In this document: positions 1-10,103 of the stretch, piece after piece
Layout: every line of letters begins with the position of its first letter
Position numbering within the stretch: position 1 is the stretch's first letter
Source: Gaiellales bacterium
GTDB lineage: Bacteria; Actinomycetota; Thermoleophilia; Gaiellales; F1-60-MAGs149
Length of the DNA stretch: 56,131 bases
Assembly (NCBI GenBank): GCA_038321545.1
Contig: JBBQFB010000002.1
Coordinates: 1 to 56,131, forward strand
Reading direction: 5' to 3'
Notes under the pieces: generated by a model
What the model saw: only the letters and a program-made list of their open reading frames with translations
What the model was told of the DNA's origin: nothing
Databases searched by the model: none
Program-made: the position numbers and the translations under genes

Positions 1-51
1 ACCTCGCCCTCGAACTCGATGGTCTCTTCTTTCTTGCTGATCGCGTCCTCC

Positions 52-255
52 TCAGACAGCGATGACGTCGTACGCCTCGGGGCCCTTCTGGCCCTGGCGC
101 GTCTCGAACGTCACGCGTGCTCCCTCAGCCAGGGACTTGAACCCGCTGCCCGAGATGTTGGAGTGGTGAACGAACAAGTCCTTGCTGCCGTCCTCGGGGC
201 TGATAAAGCCGTACCCCTTGGCGTCGTTGAACCACTTCACAGTGCCGTTTGCCAT
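52..255 (-). CDS. cold-shock protein (CspA family, single cold-shock domain)
   Basis: Last 67 aa of ORF 52..777(-), from ATG at 253-255: [32 protein letters not shown]... It carries the RNP1 motif (KGYGFI) and an RNP2-like motif (LFVHH). The upstream part of the ORF is Arg/Pro-rich shadow sequence. Confidence 0.93.
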   Translation of the reverse strand: MANGTVKWFNDAKGYGFISPEDGSKDLFVHHSNISGSGFKSLAEGARVTFETRQGQKGPEAYDVIAV

Positions 256-330
256 GTCTAGTGCTGCTTCCCTTGCCGTGCTGGCGGGCAAGGTCGCACG
301 GGATGTGCGACCCGACACTCGCCCTTGTGT
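256..330 (-). promoter_or_regulatory. structured 5' leader of the csp gene (two stem-loops)
   Basis: Two inverted repeats lie just upstream of the csp ATG on the minus strand: CTTGCC(272-277)/GGCAAG(287-292) and GGTCGCAC(292-299)/GTGCGACC(305-312). Long structured leaders are typical of csp mRNAs. Confidence 0.4.
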
Positions 331-443
331 CCCGTGCAGCGTAGCGCGCGGTGACGGGCCGGGTCGCCGACGGGTGCTACCTTGCGGCCACGGGCGGCGT
401 TCCTGCGGCCCCGTGGAGTCGCCCTTCCGATCCTCGTATGCGC

Positions 444-472
444 GTTTCGGGTCAGGTTTCTCCCCCCGAAAC
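444..472 (+). promoter_or_regulatory. stem-loop in the 5' leader of the DEAD-box helicase gene
   Basis: GTTTCGGG(444-451) pairs with CCCGAAAC(465-472), leaving a 13-nt loop. The stem ends about 12 nt before the GAGAGGA Shine-Dalgarno at 485-491. Confidence 0.4.
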
Positions 473-493
473 ACGTCCTCCGAGAGGATCAAC

Positions 494-1747
<1,254 letters not shown>

Positions 1748-2707
1748 CTACGCAGAACCGAGCAGCCGCGCCGCCAGGGCGGGGTCGATGTTGCCGCCCG
1801 AGACGACGCACACCACGTTGCGCGCTCCGGCGGTGGCGACCCGCCCGGCGGCCAGCGCGCCGATCGGCGCGCTGCCTGCCACCTCGCACGCCACGCGGCC
1901 GCGTGCGTAGGCCAGCCTGAATCCTGCGGCCAGCTCGTCCTCGTCCAGCACCACGACGTCGTCGAGCCGGTCGCGAAGGATCTCGAGCGGCACCGCGCCC
2001 GTCGCCGGAGCCGTCAACGCGTCGGCAATGGTCGGCTGCATGTCGGTGGTCTCGGGCCGGCCGGCGGCCAGCGAGGCCGGCAGGGTGGCGGTGGCGATGG
2101 GTTGCACGCCGACCAGGCGCGCGGTGGGCGCGAGACCGCGCAGTGCGGTCGAGATGCCGGCGATCAGACCGCCGCCGCCGACCGCCACGACCACCAGGTC
2201 GACGTCGGGCAGGTCGGTCGCGATCTCGAGTCCGACGGTGCCGGCGCCGGCGATCACGACCGGATCGTTGAACGGGTGGACGACCACGCGACCCGACTCG
2301 GCGGCGATCGCCTCCATCCGTGCGAAGGCCTCCTTCGCGTCGGCCGACTCCAGGTCGACGGTCGCGCCGTAGCCGCGAGTGGCGGCGACCTTCGGCGGGC
2401 TCGCGGCGCGGGCCATCAGGACCAGCACGTCGGTGCCGACCGCCGCCCCGGCGCGGGCGACGGCCGCTGCGTGGTTGCCGGCCGACACCGTGATCACGCC
2501 GCGGCCCCGTTCCTCGGCCGACAGCTGCCGCATGCGATTCAGCGCGCCGCGGAGCTTGAACGAGCCGGTGTGCTGCAGCAGCTCCGCCTTCAGCCACACG
2601 GGAGCGCCGGCGACGTCGTCCAGCGCCTCGCACCGGACGAGCGGCGTCCGCACGATGCCGTCGCCGATCGCGGCGGCCGCGGCCTGGACGTCGGCGAGCC
2701 CGATCAT
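1748..2707 (-). CDS. PLP-dependent threonine/serine dehydratase family protein (fold type II)
   Basis: 319 aa with HTGSFKLRGA (PLP-lysine motif) and GGGGL (phosphate-binding loop). The start shares an ATGA overlap with the upstream gene. Confidence 0.85.
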   Translation of the reverse strand: MIGLADVQAAAAAIGDGIVRTPLVRCEALDDVAGAPVWLKAELLQHTGSFKLRGALNRMRQLSAEERGRGVITVSAGNHAAAVARAGAAVGTDVLVLMARAASPPKVAATRGYGATVDLESADAKEAFARMEAIAAESGRVVVHPFNDPVVIAGAGTVGLEIATDLPDVDLVVVAVGGGGLIAGISTALRGLAPTARLVGVQPIATATLPASLAAGRPETTDMQPTIADALTAPATGAVPLEILRDRLDDVVVLDEDELAAGFRLAYARGRVACEVAGSAPIGALAAGRVATAGARNVVCVVSGGNIDPALAARLLGSA

Positions 2708-3630
2708 CGGGCGTGCGGGAGGACCTCGGTCGCGACGAGCTCGACCATCTCCAGGTCGCGGTGGTCGAGGCGGTTCAGGAAGAAGCGCTCGACGCCCGCC
2801 GCGCGCAGCGCTGCGATGCGCTCGATGGCTCGGGCCGGCGTGCCGCTGACGTCCGCCGGGTCGCCTTCGTCGCCCTTCTCGAGCGCCCGCTCGTTCGCGG
2901 TCGCCTGGCGGCGGCGGTAGTCGGCCTCGTCGGTCCCGACGACGAGGCTCGCCATCACGCTCAGCGGCAGCGTGGCAGGATCGCGGTCGATCGCCTCGCA
3001 GGCGGCGTCAAGCCGTTCCCGCGCCGCGCGGGCGATCTCCGGCGTCGCCGTGGAGAGGTTGTAGCTGTCGGCCCACCGAGCCGCCAGCGCGGCGACCTTC
3101 GGCTTGGCGGAGCCGCCGAACACGATCGGCAGGCGGCCGTTCACCGGACGCGGCAGCAGGGTCGCGTCCTCCAGCGTGTAGTGCGCACCGCGGAAGTCGA
3201 GGTTCTCACCGTCGGTGAGCCGCCGGATGATCTCGGCCTGCTCCGCGAGCATCTGCAGGCGCTCGCCGAACGGCGGAAACGGCAGGCCCCACTTGCGGTG
3301 CTCGGTCTCGTGCCAGCCGGTGCCGAGGCCGACCTCGATGCGCCCCCCGGACAGCCCATCGGCCACCAGCGCGAGCTTGGCGAGCACGATCGGCGGCCGG
3401 AACGTGACGGGCGAGACCATGGTGCCGAGCTGGATCCGCTTCGTGACGACGGCCAGCGCGCACAGCACGCCCCACACGTCGAGCGAGCCGCGGCCCTCGG
3501 CTCCGACGACGGAGTAGTAGTGGTCGGACGTGAAGAAGCCGTCGTAGCCGAGACGCTCGGCCGCTTCGGCGTAGGCGAGCCAGTCGGCGACGGTGACGTC
3601 CTCCTGGCCCTCGAGCATGAGGGTGAACAT
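2704..3630 (-). CDS. LLM-class (luciferase-like) F420/flavin-dependent oxidoreductase
   Basis: 308 aa: MFTLMLEG...GYDGFFTSDHYY...GRIEVGLGTGWHETEHRKWGLPF. This is typical of luciferase-like monooxygenase family members of the Rv1855c type. Confidence 0.8.
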   Translation of the reverse strand: MFTLMLEGQEDVTVADWLAYAEAAERLGYDGFFTSDHYYSVVGAEGRGSLDVWGVLCALAVVTKRIQLGTMVSPVTFRPPIVLAKLALVADGLSGGRIEVGLGTGWHETEHRKWGLPFPPFGERLQMLAEQAEIIRRLTDGENLDFRGAHYTLEDATLLPRPVNGRLPIVFGGSAKPKVAALAARWADSYNLSTATPEIARAARERLDAACEAIDRDPATLPLSVMASLVVGTDEADYRRRQATANERALEKGDEGDPADVSGTPARAIERIAALRAAGVERFFLNRLDHRDLEMVELVATEVLPHAR

Positions 3631-3717
3631 CGTCGGGATGGTACGGCCCCGGACCTCGCTGCCGCGGTAGCATCATCCGGCGGCCGCCCGGTCGCCGAAC
3701 GTCGTCGGAGGTTGACC

Positions 3718-4101
3718 ATGGCGGAACGCTCGTGGGAGCCAGCGGGCTCGAGCGGTCTCGACATCCCCTACTCGCCGGCTGCGGTCAGCGACGGCACCGT
3801 GTGGGTCAGCGGCTGCATCTCGACCGACGAGTCGGGCGCGATCGTCGGCGACGGCTTCGCGAGCCAGGCGACGCGCGTCTACGACGGCATGCGACGGACG
3901 CTCGCGGCAGCCGGCTGCACGATGGCCGACGTCGTGCACGTGACGACCTACCTGACCGACCGTGATGACTTCGACGCGTTCAACGACGCCTTCCGCGCAG
4001 CATTCAGCGCGCCGTACCCGTCTCGCGCGACCGTGCTGGCCCAGCTGATCGTTCCCGAGCTCAAGATCGAGGCCACCTGCGTGGCGGTGCGGCCACGGTG
4101 A
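3718..4101 (+). CDS. RidA family protein (YjgF/YER057c/UK114), paralog 1
   Basis: Last 127 aa of ORF 2713..4101(+), from ATG 3718: ...SPAAVSDGTVWVSGCIS...VHVTTYLTDRDDFDAFNDAF...PSRATV...IEATCVAV. Confidence 0.85.
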   Translation: MAERSWEPAGSSGLDIPYSPAAVSDGTVWVSGCISTDESGAIVGDGFASQATRVYDGMRRTLAAAGCTMADVVHVTTYLTDRDDFDAFNDAFRAAFSAPYPSRATVLAQLIVPELKIEATCVAVRPR

Positions 4102-5195
4102 GCATCGGCCGGGTCCGGGCGTTCCGCCAGTGGCAGCCGTTCGCGGACGGCGCGTACTCGTGCTCGGGTGGGAGTGCCGACGGCTTCGACTCGACCGTCG
4201 TCGCGGTCACCGACGGCGACGGCGTCACCGGCTGGGGCGAGGCGGCGCCCCTCGGCGCGTTCTACGATCCGGCGTTCGCCGGCGGGCTGCGCGCGGGGGT
4301 CGCCGAGCTGGCACCGCTGCTGGTCGGGCAGGCGGCCACCCCACGCGCCGGGCAGCGGCTGATGGATCGCGTCCTGCAGGGACATCTCTACGCCAAGTCG
4401 GCGCTCGACATGGCGCTGTGGGATCTGACCGCGCGCCGCGCAGGGGTGCCGCTCGCCGAGGCGCTGGGCGGCAGCGATGGGGACGGCGTCGACCTGTACC
4501 GCTCCATCTCGGCCGACACGCCGCGGGCCATGGCTTCACGGGCCACCGATCTCGTCGCGTGCGGCTACCGGCGGCTGCAGGTCAAGCTCGGCGACCACCC
4601 GGAGCGGGATGCGGAGCGCCTCGCCGCGGTCCGCGACGCCGTCGGCCCGTCGGTGGCGCTGTTCGCCGACGCGAACGGGCTCTACTCGACGGCCGGCGCG
4701 CGGCGGTTCCTGCGCGCCGCCGCAGGGGTCGACTACTGGCTGGAGCAGCCGTGTGCGACGTACGAGGAGTGTCGCGCGGTCCGGGACCAGTGCCCGGTGC
4801 CGCTGGTGCTCGACGAGTCGATCGACTCGCTCGCGGCGCTGGTGCGCGCGGCGGGCGAGCGCGTGGCCGACGCGGTGACGCTCAAGATCGCCCGCCTGGG
4901 CGGCGTCACGCGCACCGCGCAGCTGCGCGACGTGGCCGTTGATCTCGGACTGCACGTCACGGTCGAGGACACCGGCGGCTCCGATATCGACACGGCAGCG
5001 ATGACGCACCTGTCGCTGTCGACGCCGGCCGACCGGCGCCTGCACACCGTCGACTTCAACGCCTGGGTGACGGTCGCCAACGCGACCGGGATGCCGGCAC
5101 CCACGGGGGGCCGGCTGACCGTGCCGGCCGGGCCGGGCCTCGGTGTCGACGTGCTGATCGACTCGCTCGGCGAGCCGTTCGTCGACGCGTCCTAG
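4098..5195 (+). CDS. enolase-superfamily enzyme (mandelate racemase / muconate lactonizing family)
   Basis: 365 aa. GTG start overlaps the RidA stop (GTGA). Capping domain followed by a barrel with KLG/KVK, FADANG, LEQP and LVLDES metal-ligand-type motifs. Confidence 0.85.
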   Translation: MSIGRVRAFRQWQPFADGAYSCSGGSADGFDSTVVAVTDGDGVTGWGEAAPLGAFYDPAFAGGLRAGVAELAPLLVGQAATPRAGQRLMDRVLQGHLYAKSALDMALWDLTARRAGVPLAEALGGSDGDGVDLYRSISADTPRAMASRATDLVACGYRRLQVKLGDHPERDAERLAAVRDAVGPSVALFADANGLYSTAGARRFLRAAAGVDYWLEQPCATYEECRAVRDQCPVPLVLDESIDSLAALVRAAGERVADAVTLKIARLGGVTRTAQLRDVAVDLGLHVTVEDTGGSDIDTAAMTHLSLSTPADRRLHTVDFNAWVTVANATGMPAPTGGRLTVPAGPGLGVDVLIDSLGEPFVDAS

Positions 5196-6649
5196 TCGTC
5201 GCCGAGCTCGGCCGTCCGCCGGGCGACGTACTCCACGAGCTCGGTGTGGATGCCGTCGTCGAGCGGCGGCGCCGACCAGCGCTCGAGCCGGAGCGGCCAC
5301 TTCTTCGCGGCGCGGGCGGCGGTGTCGAGGCTGCCGTACCTGGTCCAGCGGTCGAAGTTCTCGGTCGAGAACACCTCGGGGCGGTAGAAGCAGTCGCGGA
5401 ACCGTTCCAGCGTGTGGGCCGCACCGAAGAAGTGGCCGCCGTGCCCGACCTCCAGATGGGCGCCGAACGCGAGCGATTCCTCGTCGATCTCGAGCGGCGT
5501 GAACTCGCGCTGCAGGATGCGCAGGATCTCGATGTCGAGCTCGAACTTCTCGAAGCACGCGACGAGGCCCGATTCCATCCAGCCCGCCGTGTGGAGCTGG
5601 AAGTTCGCGCCGGCCATGAAGGCGGGCAGCATCGTGTTGAGCGACTCGAACGCGGCCTGCGCATCGACGATCTGCGCCGAGGTGAGGCCGCCACCGCCGG
5701 ACCGCCACAGCAGGCCGTAGCGGCGCGCGATCTGGCCGGTCGCGAGGATGCCGACGGCCGACTCCGGACCTCCGAAGCCCGGGCTGCCGGACTGCATGTC
5801 GGTGTGCGAGACGAACGAGCCCATGATTGCGGGGCAGCCGGGCCGGACGAGCTGCACGAGGGTCAGCGCCGCGAGCGACTCGGCCGTCTGCTGTGCGAGC
5901 GCCGCCGGTACCGACACCGGGCCCATCGCGCCCATCAGGATGAACGGCGTGACGATGACGATCTGGCCCGCGCTCGCCATCTCGAACAGCGAGTCGAGCA
6001 TGCGGACGTCGTAGCGCAGCGGCGAGTTGCAGTTGATGACGCCGGCGAGGGTGGGCCGATCGATCAGCGCCTCGCGGCCGCCCGCGACGATGGCGGCCAT
6101 GGTGATGGAGTCAGCCGCGCCGATGCCGTCGAACGCGGAGGCGAACTGGGGCTTGTCCTGGTCCTCGTACAGCGCGAGCTGGAGCTGCAGGTGGCGCGAG
6201 TCGATCGCGCCGTCGGTCGGATCGCACGACGGACACCCGGGCGAGTCGAGCTCGTCCGTCATGTAGGTCATGCGGTTGAAGCGACGGAACGCGTCGAACG
6301 TGGCCTCGTACCGCCGGTCGCCCTCGCGGACGAACGGCGCCGAGTTGACTGGCAGGAACGCCATCCGGTCGGGAGCGAACGGGATGTCGCGGTCGGGGTT
6401 GCGCGAGTGCCACGTGAAGGTCTTCGGGATCTTGGCGATCTGCTCGAGGATGAACTCCGGGTCGAGGTGCACGACGTGCCCCTCGACCTTCTGTCCGTGC
6501 GTGCGGAACAGTTCGAGCGCGCCCTCGTGGTCGAACTCGATGCCGATCTCGGACACGATTCGCTTCCAGCCGCGCTCGAGCGTCTCGAGCGATGACTCGG
6601 ACAGGATCTCCACGGGTGCGAGCTGCCGCTGGAACACGTGCTGAACCAT
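5192..6649 (-). CDS. MttB-family (trimethylamine methyltransferase superfamily) protein, non-pyrrolysine type
   Basis: 485 aa from ATG 6647-6649 within ORF 5192..6838(-): MVQHVFQRQLAPVEILSESSLETLERGWKRI...; full-length MttB-like TIM barrel with no in-frame TAG. The 63 upstream codons overlap the RidA gene and were rejected. Confidence 0.88.
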   Translation of the reverse strand: MVQHVFQRQLAPVEILSESSLETLERGWKRIVSEIGIEFDHEGALELFRTHGQKVEGHVVHLDPEFILEQIAKIPKTFTWHSRNPDRDIPFAPDRMAFLPVNSAPFVREGDRRYEATFDAFRRFNRMTYMTDELDSPGCPSCDPTDGAIDSRHLQLQLALYEDQDKPQFASAFDGIGAADSITMAAIVAGGREALIDRPTLAGVINCNSPLRYDVRMLDSLFEMASAGQIVIVTPFILMGAMGPVSVPAALAQQTAESLAALTLVQLVRPGCPAIMGSFVSHTDMQSGSPGFGGPESAVGILATGQIARRYGLLWRSGGGGLTSAQIVDAQAAFESLNTMLPAFMAGANFQLHTAGWMESGLVACFEKFELDIEILRILQREFTPLEIDEESLAFGAHLEVGHGGHFFGAAHTLERFRDCFYRPEVFSTENFDRWTRYGSLDTAARAAKKWPLRLERWSAPPLDDGIHTELVEYVARRTAELGDD

Positions 6650-6663
6650 AGAGGGGGAGGCCG

Positions 6664-7071
6664 TCAGCTGTCGTCGGGAGCTCCCACCCAGGCGATCGCC
6701 TCGATCTCGACGAGCATCTCGGGCTCGGCGAGGCGGGCTTCGACGGTCGTCCGCGCCGGTGGGTCGACAGGGAAGAACTCCGCGAACACGTCGTTCATGG
6801 CCTGGAAGTGCCGGATGTCGGAGAGGTACACGTTGCACTTCATGACGTCGGCGAGGGTCGCCCCGCCGGCAGTCAGGATGGACGTGACGTTGCGGAGCAC
6901 CTGGCGTGTCTGGGCGGCGGGGTCGCCGACGCCGACGATCCGCTGCTCGGCGTCCCAGGCCACCTGCCCGGACGTGTAGACGAGCCCGCCGCCCCGTGTG
7001 CCGGGCGAGTACGGATAGGCCCGCTGGGGCAGGAAGGTCAGGTTCTCGGGGCGGATCACAAGCTTGGCCAT
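6664..7071 (-). CDS. RidA family protein, paralog 2
   Basis: 135 aa: ...YSPGTRGGGLVYTSGQVA...CNVYLSDIRHFQAMNDVFAEFF...PARTTVEA...VEIEAIA. Confidence 0.88.
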   Translation of the reverse strand: MAKLVIRPENLTFLPQRAYPYSPGTRGGGLVYTSGQVAWDAEQRIVGVGDPAAQTRQVLRNVTSILTAGGATLADVMKCNVYLSDIRHFQAMNDVFAEFFPVDPPARTTVEARLAEPEMLVEIEAIAWVGAPDDS

Positions 7072-7123
7072 GCCGCCGAGCCTACACCGGCGAGTCCGCA
7101 GCAGCTTGTGTTGATAGTTGTGA

Positions 7124-7163
7124 GGGTCTGACCCTCGTGGCCGGGCGTTTCGGGGTCAGACCC
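7124..7163. promoter_or_regulatory. two copies of an 11-bp palindrome GGGTC(T/A)GACCC (candidate operator, or one 11-bp-stem hairpin)
   Basis: GGGTCTGACCC at 7124-7134 and GGGTCAGACCC at 7153-7163. They sit 55-95 nt upstream of the RidA-MttB operon start (7071, minus strand). Confidence 0.45.
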
Positions 7164-7277
7164 CAGAACGCAATGTGCCGGAAGGCGCGCATCTTGACCG
7201 ACCTGGGCGGGATGGTCTGCGGATCGGGGGAAGCGGGCGGGGTGTGTGACACCTCCGACGGCTACGCTCGCGAAGCG

Positions 7278-7300
7278 GTCCGCCCGTTTGCCGGGCGGGC
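7278..7300 (-). terminator. stem-loop downstream of secreted-protein gene B (candidate intrinsic terminator without a U-tract)
   Basis: CCGCCCG(7280-7286) pairs with CGGGCGG(7292-7298), 5-nt loop, about 26 nt after the stop at 7326. Confidence 0.4.
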
Positions 7301-7325
7301 TCAACGAGCGGTCCTACGGGACTCG

Positions 7326-7889
7326 CTAGTCGTCGGGCTGGCCGTCTCCGTCGCCGCCCTTGCCCTTGTCGGAGCCGCTGTCCTTGCCGTCGGATCCGCC
7401 GCCGTCGCCCTTGCTCTTGCCCTTGCCGGAGCTGCCGTCACCCTCGCCGTCGCCACCCGAGCTCTTGCTGGACGACGTGTCATCGGTGCCGCCCGAGCCC
7501 CGAGACGACGAGCCGCCCGACGGGGAGCCGTTGGACGATCCACTGGACTGCGGGGACTGGCTGGACCGCGAGCCGCCGCCCGGCGAGCTACCGCTGGAGG
7601 CGCCCGGTGTCGCGGCGGTCGTGGCCGGCTCGGGCTCCTTCGTCGGTGCCGGGGCATCGGTGACGGTGATCGCGTCGGCCGTCGGCGCCGGCGCCGCGGC
7701 GACCGCGTCCGAGTCGGCTGCCACCGGACCGGCGCCGGGGGTGGCCGGCGGCGCCAGCTCGCTGGCGGCCGGCAGTGGCCCGTTCGCGATCGAACGGCCG
7801 GCTATCGCGTTGGCCGCGAGGCCCACCCCGAACGCGATCGCGACGCCGGCGGTGGCGGCAGCGGTCGTCAGGAAGGAGGAGCGGCGCAT
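7326..7889 (-). CDS. exported low-complexity protein B (Tat-like signal; Ala/Pro linker; Ser/Gly then Asp/Gly/Lys-rich acidic tail)
   Basis: 187 aa from ATG 7887-7889: MRRSSFLTTAAATAGVAIAFGVGLAANA... and ends ...GKGGDGDGQPDD. An alternative GTG start lies at 7934. Third codon positions are strongly G/C, consistent with coding. I recognise no family. Confidence 0.6.
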   Translation of the reverse strand: MRRSSFLTTAAATAGVAIAFGVGLAANAIAGRSIANGPLPAASELAPPATPGAGPVAADSDAVAAAPAPTADAITVTDAPAPTKEPEPATTAATPGASSGSSPGGGSRSSQSPQSSGSSNGSPSGGSSSRGSGGTDDTSSSKSSGGDGEGDGSSGKGKSKGDGGGSDGKDSGSDKGKGGDGDGQPDD

Positions 7890-7914
7890 GGGGACAAGAG
7901 TAGAAGCTCGCCGG

Positions 7915-9300
7915 TTAGCGGACGGCAAAGTCACGCGGGAGGCGCAGCTCGGCGCGGGCGCCGCCGCCCTTGCGGTTCGTGATCAGCGCCCGCCCGCCCC
8001 AGCGCTCCGCCAGCGTCCCGGCGATCGCCAGCCCGAGACCCGAGCCAGGCGCGTCGGGACGGCGCCGCGCACCGCGCCGGAACCGCTCGAACGCGAGCGC
8101 GAGGTCCTCCGGCGCGAGGCCCGGGCCGTCGTCGAGCACCGCGACCCACGCGGACACGTCGTTGGCGCCCACCTCGAGCTGGACGCGTGTGTCGGGCGGC
8201 GTGTGGACGAGCGCGTTCTCGATCAGGTTGTCGAGCGCCGTCGCGACATCGCCCGACGAGGCGGACGCGTAGGCCGCCGGGCCATCCACCAGGGCGATCG
8301 ACCGCCCGTGAGCCTCGGCGCGGGGCGAGAACCGCTCGACCGCGGCGCTCGCCGCGGAGCGCAGGTCGACCGGCTCCGGGTCGGCGGCGGGCGCGTCGGC
8401 CGCGGCCAGCGACAGCAGGTCGGTGACCAGCCGCGCGAGCCGGTCGGCCTCGTGCTCGGCGGCGGCGAGCTCCCTCTGGACGACCGGGTCATCGGTCAGG
8501 ACGCCCGCCGCCTCGAGACGGAGCTTGAGGCCGGTCAGCGGCGTGCGGAGCTGATGGGAGGCGTTCGCGACGAAGTCGCGCTGGGCCTCGAGTGACCGCA
8601 CCAGCCGGTCGGTCATCAGGTTGAATGCGCCCGCGACCGCCCGTTGCTCCTCGGCGCCATCGATCGGCGCCCGCGCCTCCAGGTCGCCGTCGGCGATCCG
8701 CCGGGCGGTATCGGCCAGCTTCTGCAGCGGCCGCGACAGCGTGCCCGCGACCAGCCACGCGACGATCAGGCCGAGGATCAGCGCGCCGAGACCGACGCCG
8801 GCGAGCGCCAGCCGGTCGCGCCGGATGGTCGAGTTGACGCCGCCTACGCTTTGCGTGAGCCGCACCGCGCCAACCGTCTCCCCCTTGTCGAGCACGGGCA
8901 CTGCGGTGTACAGCAGGTCCTCGTCGAGCGTGTCGGAGTGACGCGTCCCCTGGACGGAGTTACCCGCCAGCGCCGACGCCACCTCGGGCCGCCCGACGTA
9001 CGTGTCGTCGGCCCGGTCGGGGCCTGCCGAGTCGGCCAGCGGGCGGCCGGCGGCATCGAGGATCAGCACGCGGCCGCCGAGGTCGGAGGCCGCGCGCGTC
9101 GCGATCGCCGCCAGCTCGTCCGGTCGGTCGAGCCGCCCGGCGGCGCTCGCCGCGACGACCTGCGCGCCGGTCGACGCGCTGGCCCGAACCTCGCTCTCGA
9201 TGCGGCGCGATGTCGTCAACGCCAGCGGGATTGCGAGCGCGACGATCACGAGCAGCAGCACGTACGCCACCGCGGCTACGACGCGGACGCGAAGGCTCAT
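7915..9300 (-). CDS. sensor histidine kinase (2 TM, about 135-aa extracytoplasmic domain, HAMP, HisKA, HATPase_c)
   Basis: 461 aa. TM1 VVAAVAYVLLLVIVALAIPLAL, TM2 LALAGVGLGALILGLIVAWLVAG. H-box NASHQLRTPL, N-box NLIENALVHTP, G-boxes DDGPGL and GSGLGLAI. Confidence 0.9.
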   Translation of the reverse strand: MSLRVRVVAAVAYVLLLVIVALAIPLALTTSRRIESEVRASASTGAQVVAASAAGRLDRPDELAAIATRAASDLGGRVLILDAAGRPLADSAGPDRADDTYVGRPEVASALAGNSVQGTRHSDTLDEDLLYTAVPVLDKGETVGAVRLTQSVGGVNSTIRRDRLALAGVGLGALILGLIVAWLVAGTLSRPLQKLADTARRIADGDLEARAPIDGAEEQRAVAGAFNLMTDRLVRSLEAQRDFVANASHQLRTPLTGLKLRLEAAGVLTDDPVVQRELAAAEHEADRLARLVTDLLSLAAADAPAADPEPVDLRSAASAAVERFSPRAEAHGRSIALVDGPAAYASASSGDVATALDNLIENALVHTPPDTRVQLEVGANDVSAWVAVLDDGPGLAPEDLALAFERFRRGARRRPDAPGSGLGLAIAGTLAERWGGRALITNRKGGGARAELRLPRDFAVR

Positions 9301-10010
9301 TGCACCTCGTCGGGCGCACTGAAGCGGAAACCCACGCCGCGCAGCGTGTGCACGTACCGCGGGGTGCCGGCATCGTCGCCGAGCTTCTTCCGCAGACCCG
9401 AGATGTGCACATCGAGCGTCTTCGTAGACCCGAACCAGTTCGTGTCCCAGACCTCGTCGATCAGCCGCTCCCGCGTCAGCACCGTGCCGGCGTTGCCCAT
9501 CAGCAGAGCGAGCAGCTCGTACTCCTTCCGCGTCAGATCCACCTCAGCGCCGGACAGCAGCACGCGCCGCATCGCCGTCTCGAGCACGATGTCGCCGATC
9601 ATGATCTTGTCCTCGCGCTCGGTCTGCGGCGCGGTCGCCTCGTCGCTTCGGCGCATGACGGCACGGATGCGGGCGATCAGCTCACGCGCCGAGAACGGCT
9701 TGACGACGTAGTCGTCAGCGCCCAGCTCGAGGCCGATCACGCGGTCGAGTTCCTCGCCGCGGGCCGTCAGCATGATGATCGGCACACGCGACTTCTGGCG
9801 GATCTCGCGGCAGACGTCGAACCCGGAGCCGTCCTCCAGCATCACGTCGAGCAGCACCAGATCGGGCGACACCGAATCGACCAGACCGGGTGCGTCCTTG
9901 GCGCTCGGCGTTACGTGGGTGGCCCAGCCCTCACGGGCGAGGGCGGCAGTCAGAGGCTCGGTGATCGACGCCTCGTCCTCGACCAGCAGGATCATTCGCG
10001 TGGTAGACAC
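9297..10010 (-). CDS. response regulator, OmpR/PhoB family (winged-helix output)
   Basis: 237 aa: ILLVEDE...DLVLLDVMLEDGSGFDVC...PIIMLTARGEE...GADDYVVKPF, followed by a trans_reg_C domain (LTRKEYELL...RGVGFRF). The stop overlaps the HK start by 4 nt. Confidence 0.93.
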   Translation of the reverse strand: MSTTRMILLVEDEASITEPLTAALAREGWATHVTPSAKDAPGLVDSVSPDLVLLDVMLEDGSGFDVCREIRQKSRVPIIMLTARGEELDRVIGLELGADDYVVKPFSARELIARIRAVMRRSDEATAPQTEREDKIMIGDIVLETAMRRVLLSGAEVDLTRKEYELLALLMGNAGTVLTRERLIDEVWDTNWFGSTKTLDVHISGLRKKLGDDAGTPRYVHTLRGVGFRFSAPDEVQ

Positions 10011-10034
10011 ATCGAAAGCATCGTACGACGCGCG

Positions 10035-10069
10035 ACGGGCCGGAGTGGCATCTCGCCGCTCCGGCCCGT
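10035..10069 (-). terminator. stem-loop between secreted-protein gene A and the response regulator gene
   Basis: GGGCCGGAG(10037-10045) pairs with CTCCGGCCC(10059-10067) and is extendable by 2 bp. On the minus strand it is followed by TACGAT (a TANNNT -10-like hexamer) ahead of the RR ATG. Confidence 0.5.
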
Positions 10070-10103
10070 TCCCCCGCGTCGAACGTTGTCCGCTTGTGGC
10101 GGG

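Noticed and set aside
6650-6838. N-terminal 63-codon extension of the MttB ORF. Analogous upstream extensions occur on other ORFs: helicase 182-493, RidA 2713-3717, formamidase 25251-25778, kynureninase 26387-26977, Fur 31079-32455, ABC ATPase 27322-29085.
   Set aside because: The extensions are Arg/Pro-rich, overlap the neighbouring genes, and precede an internal start where family-typical N-termini begin. These internal starts often show ATGA/GTGA coupling or a TANNNT hexamer.
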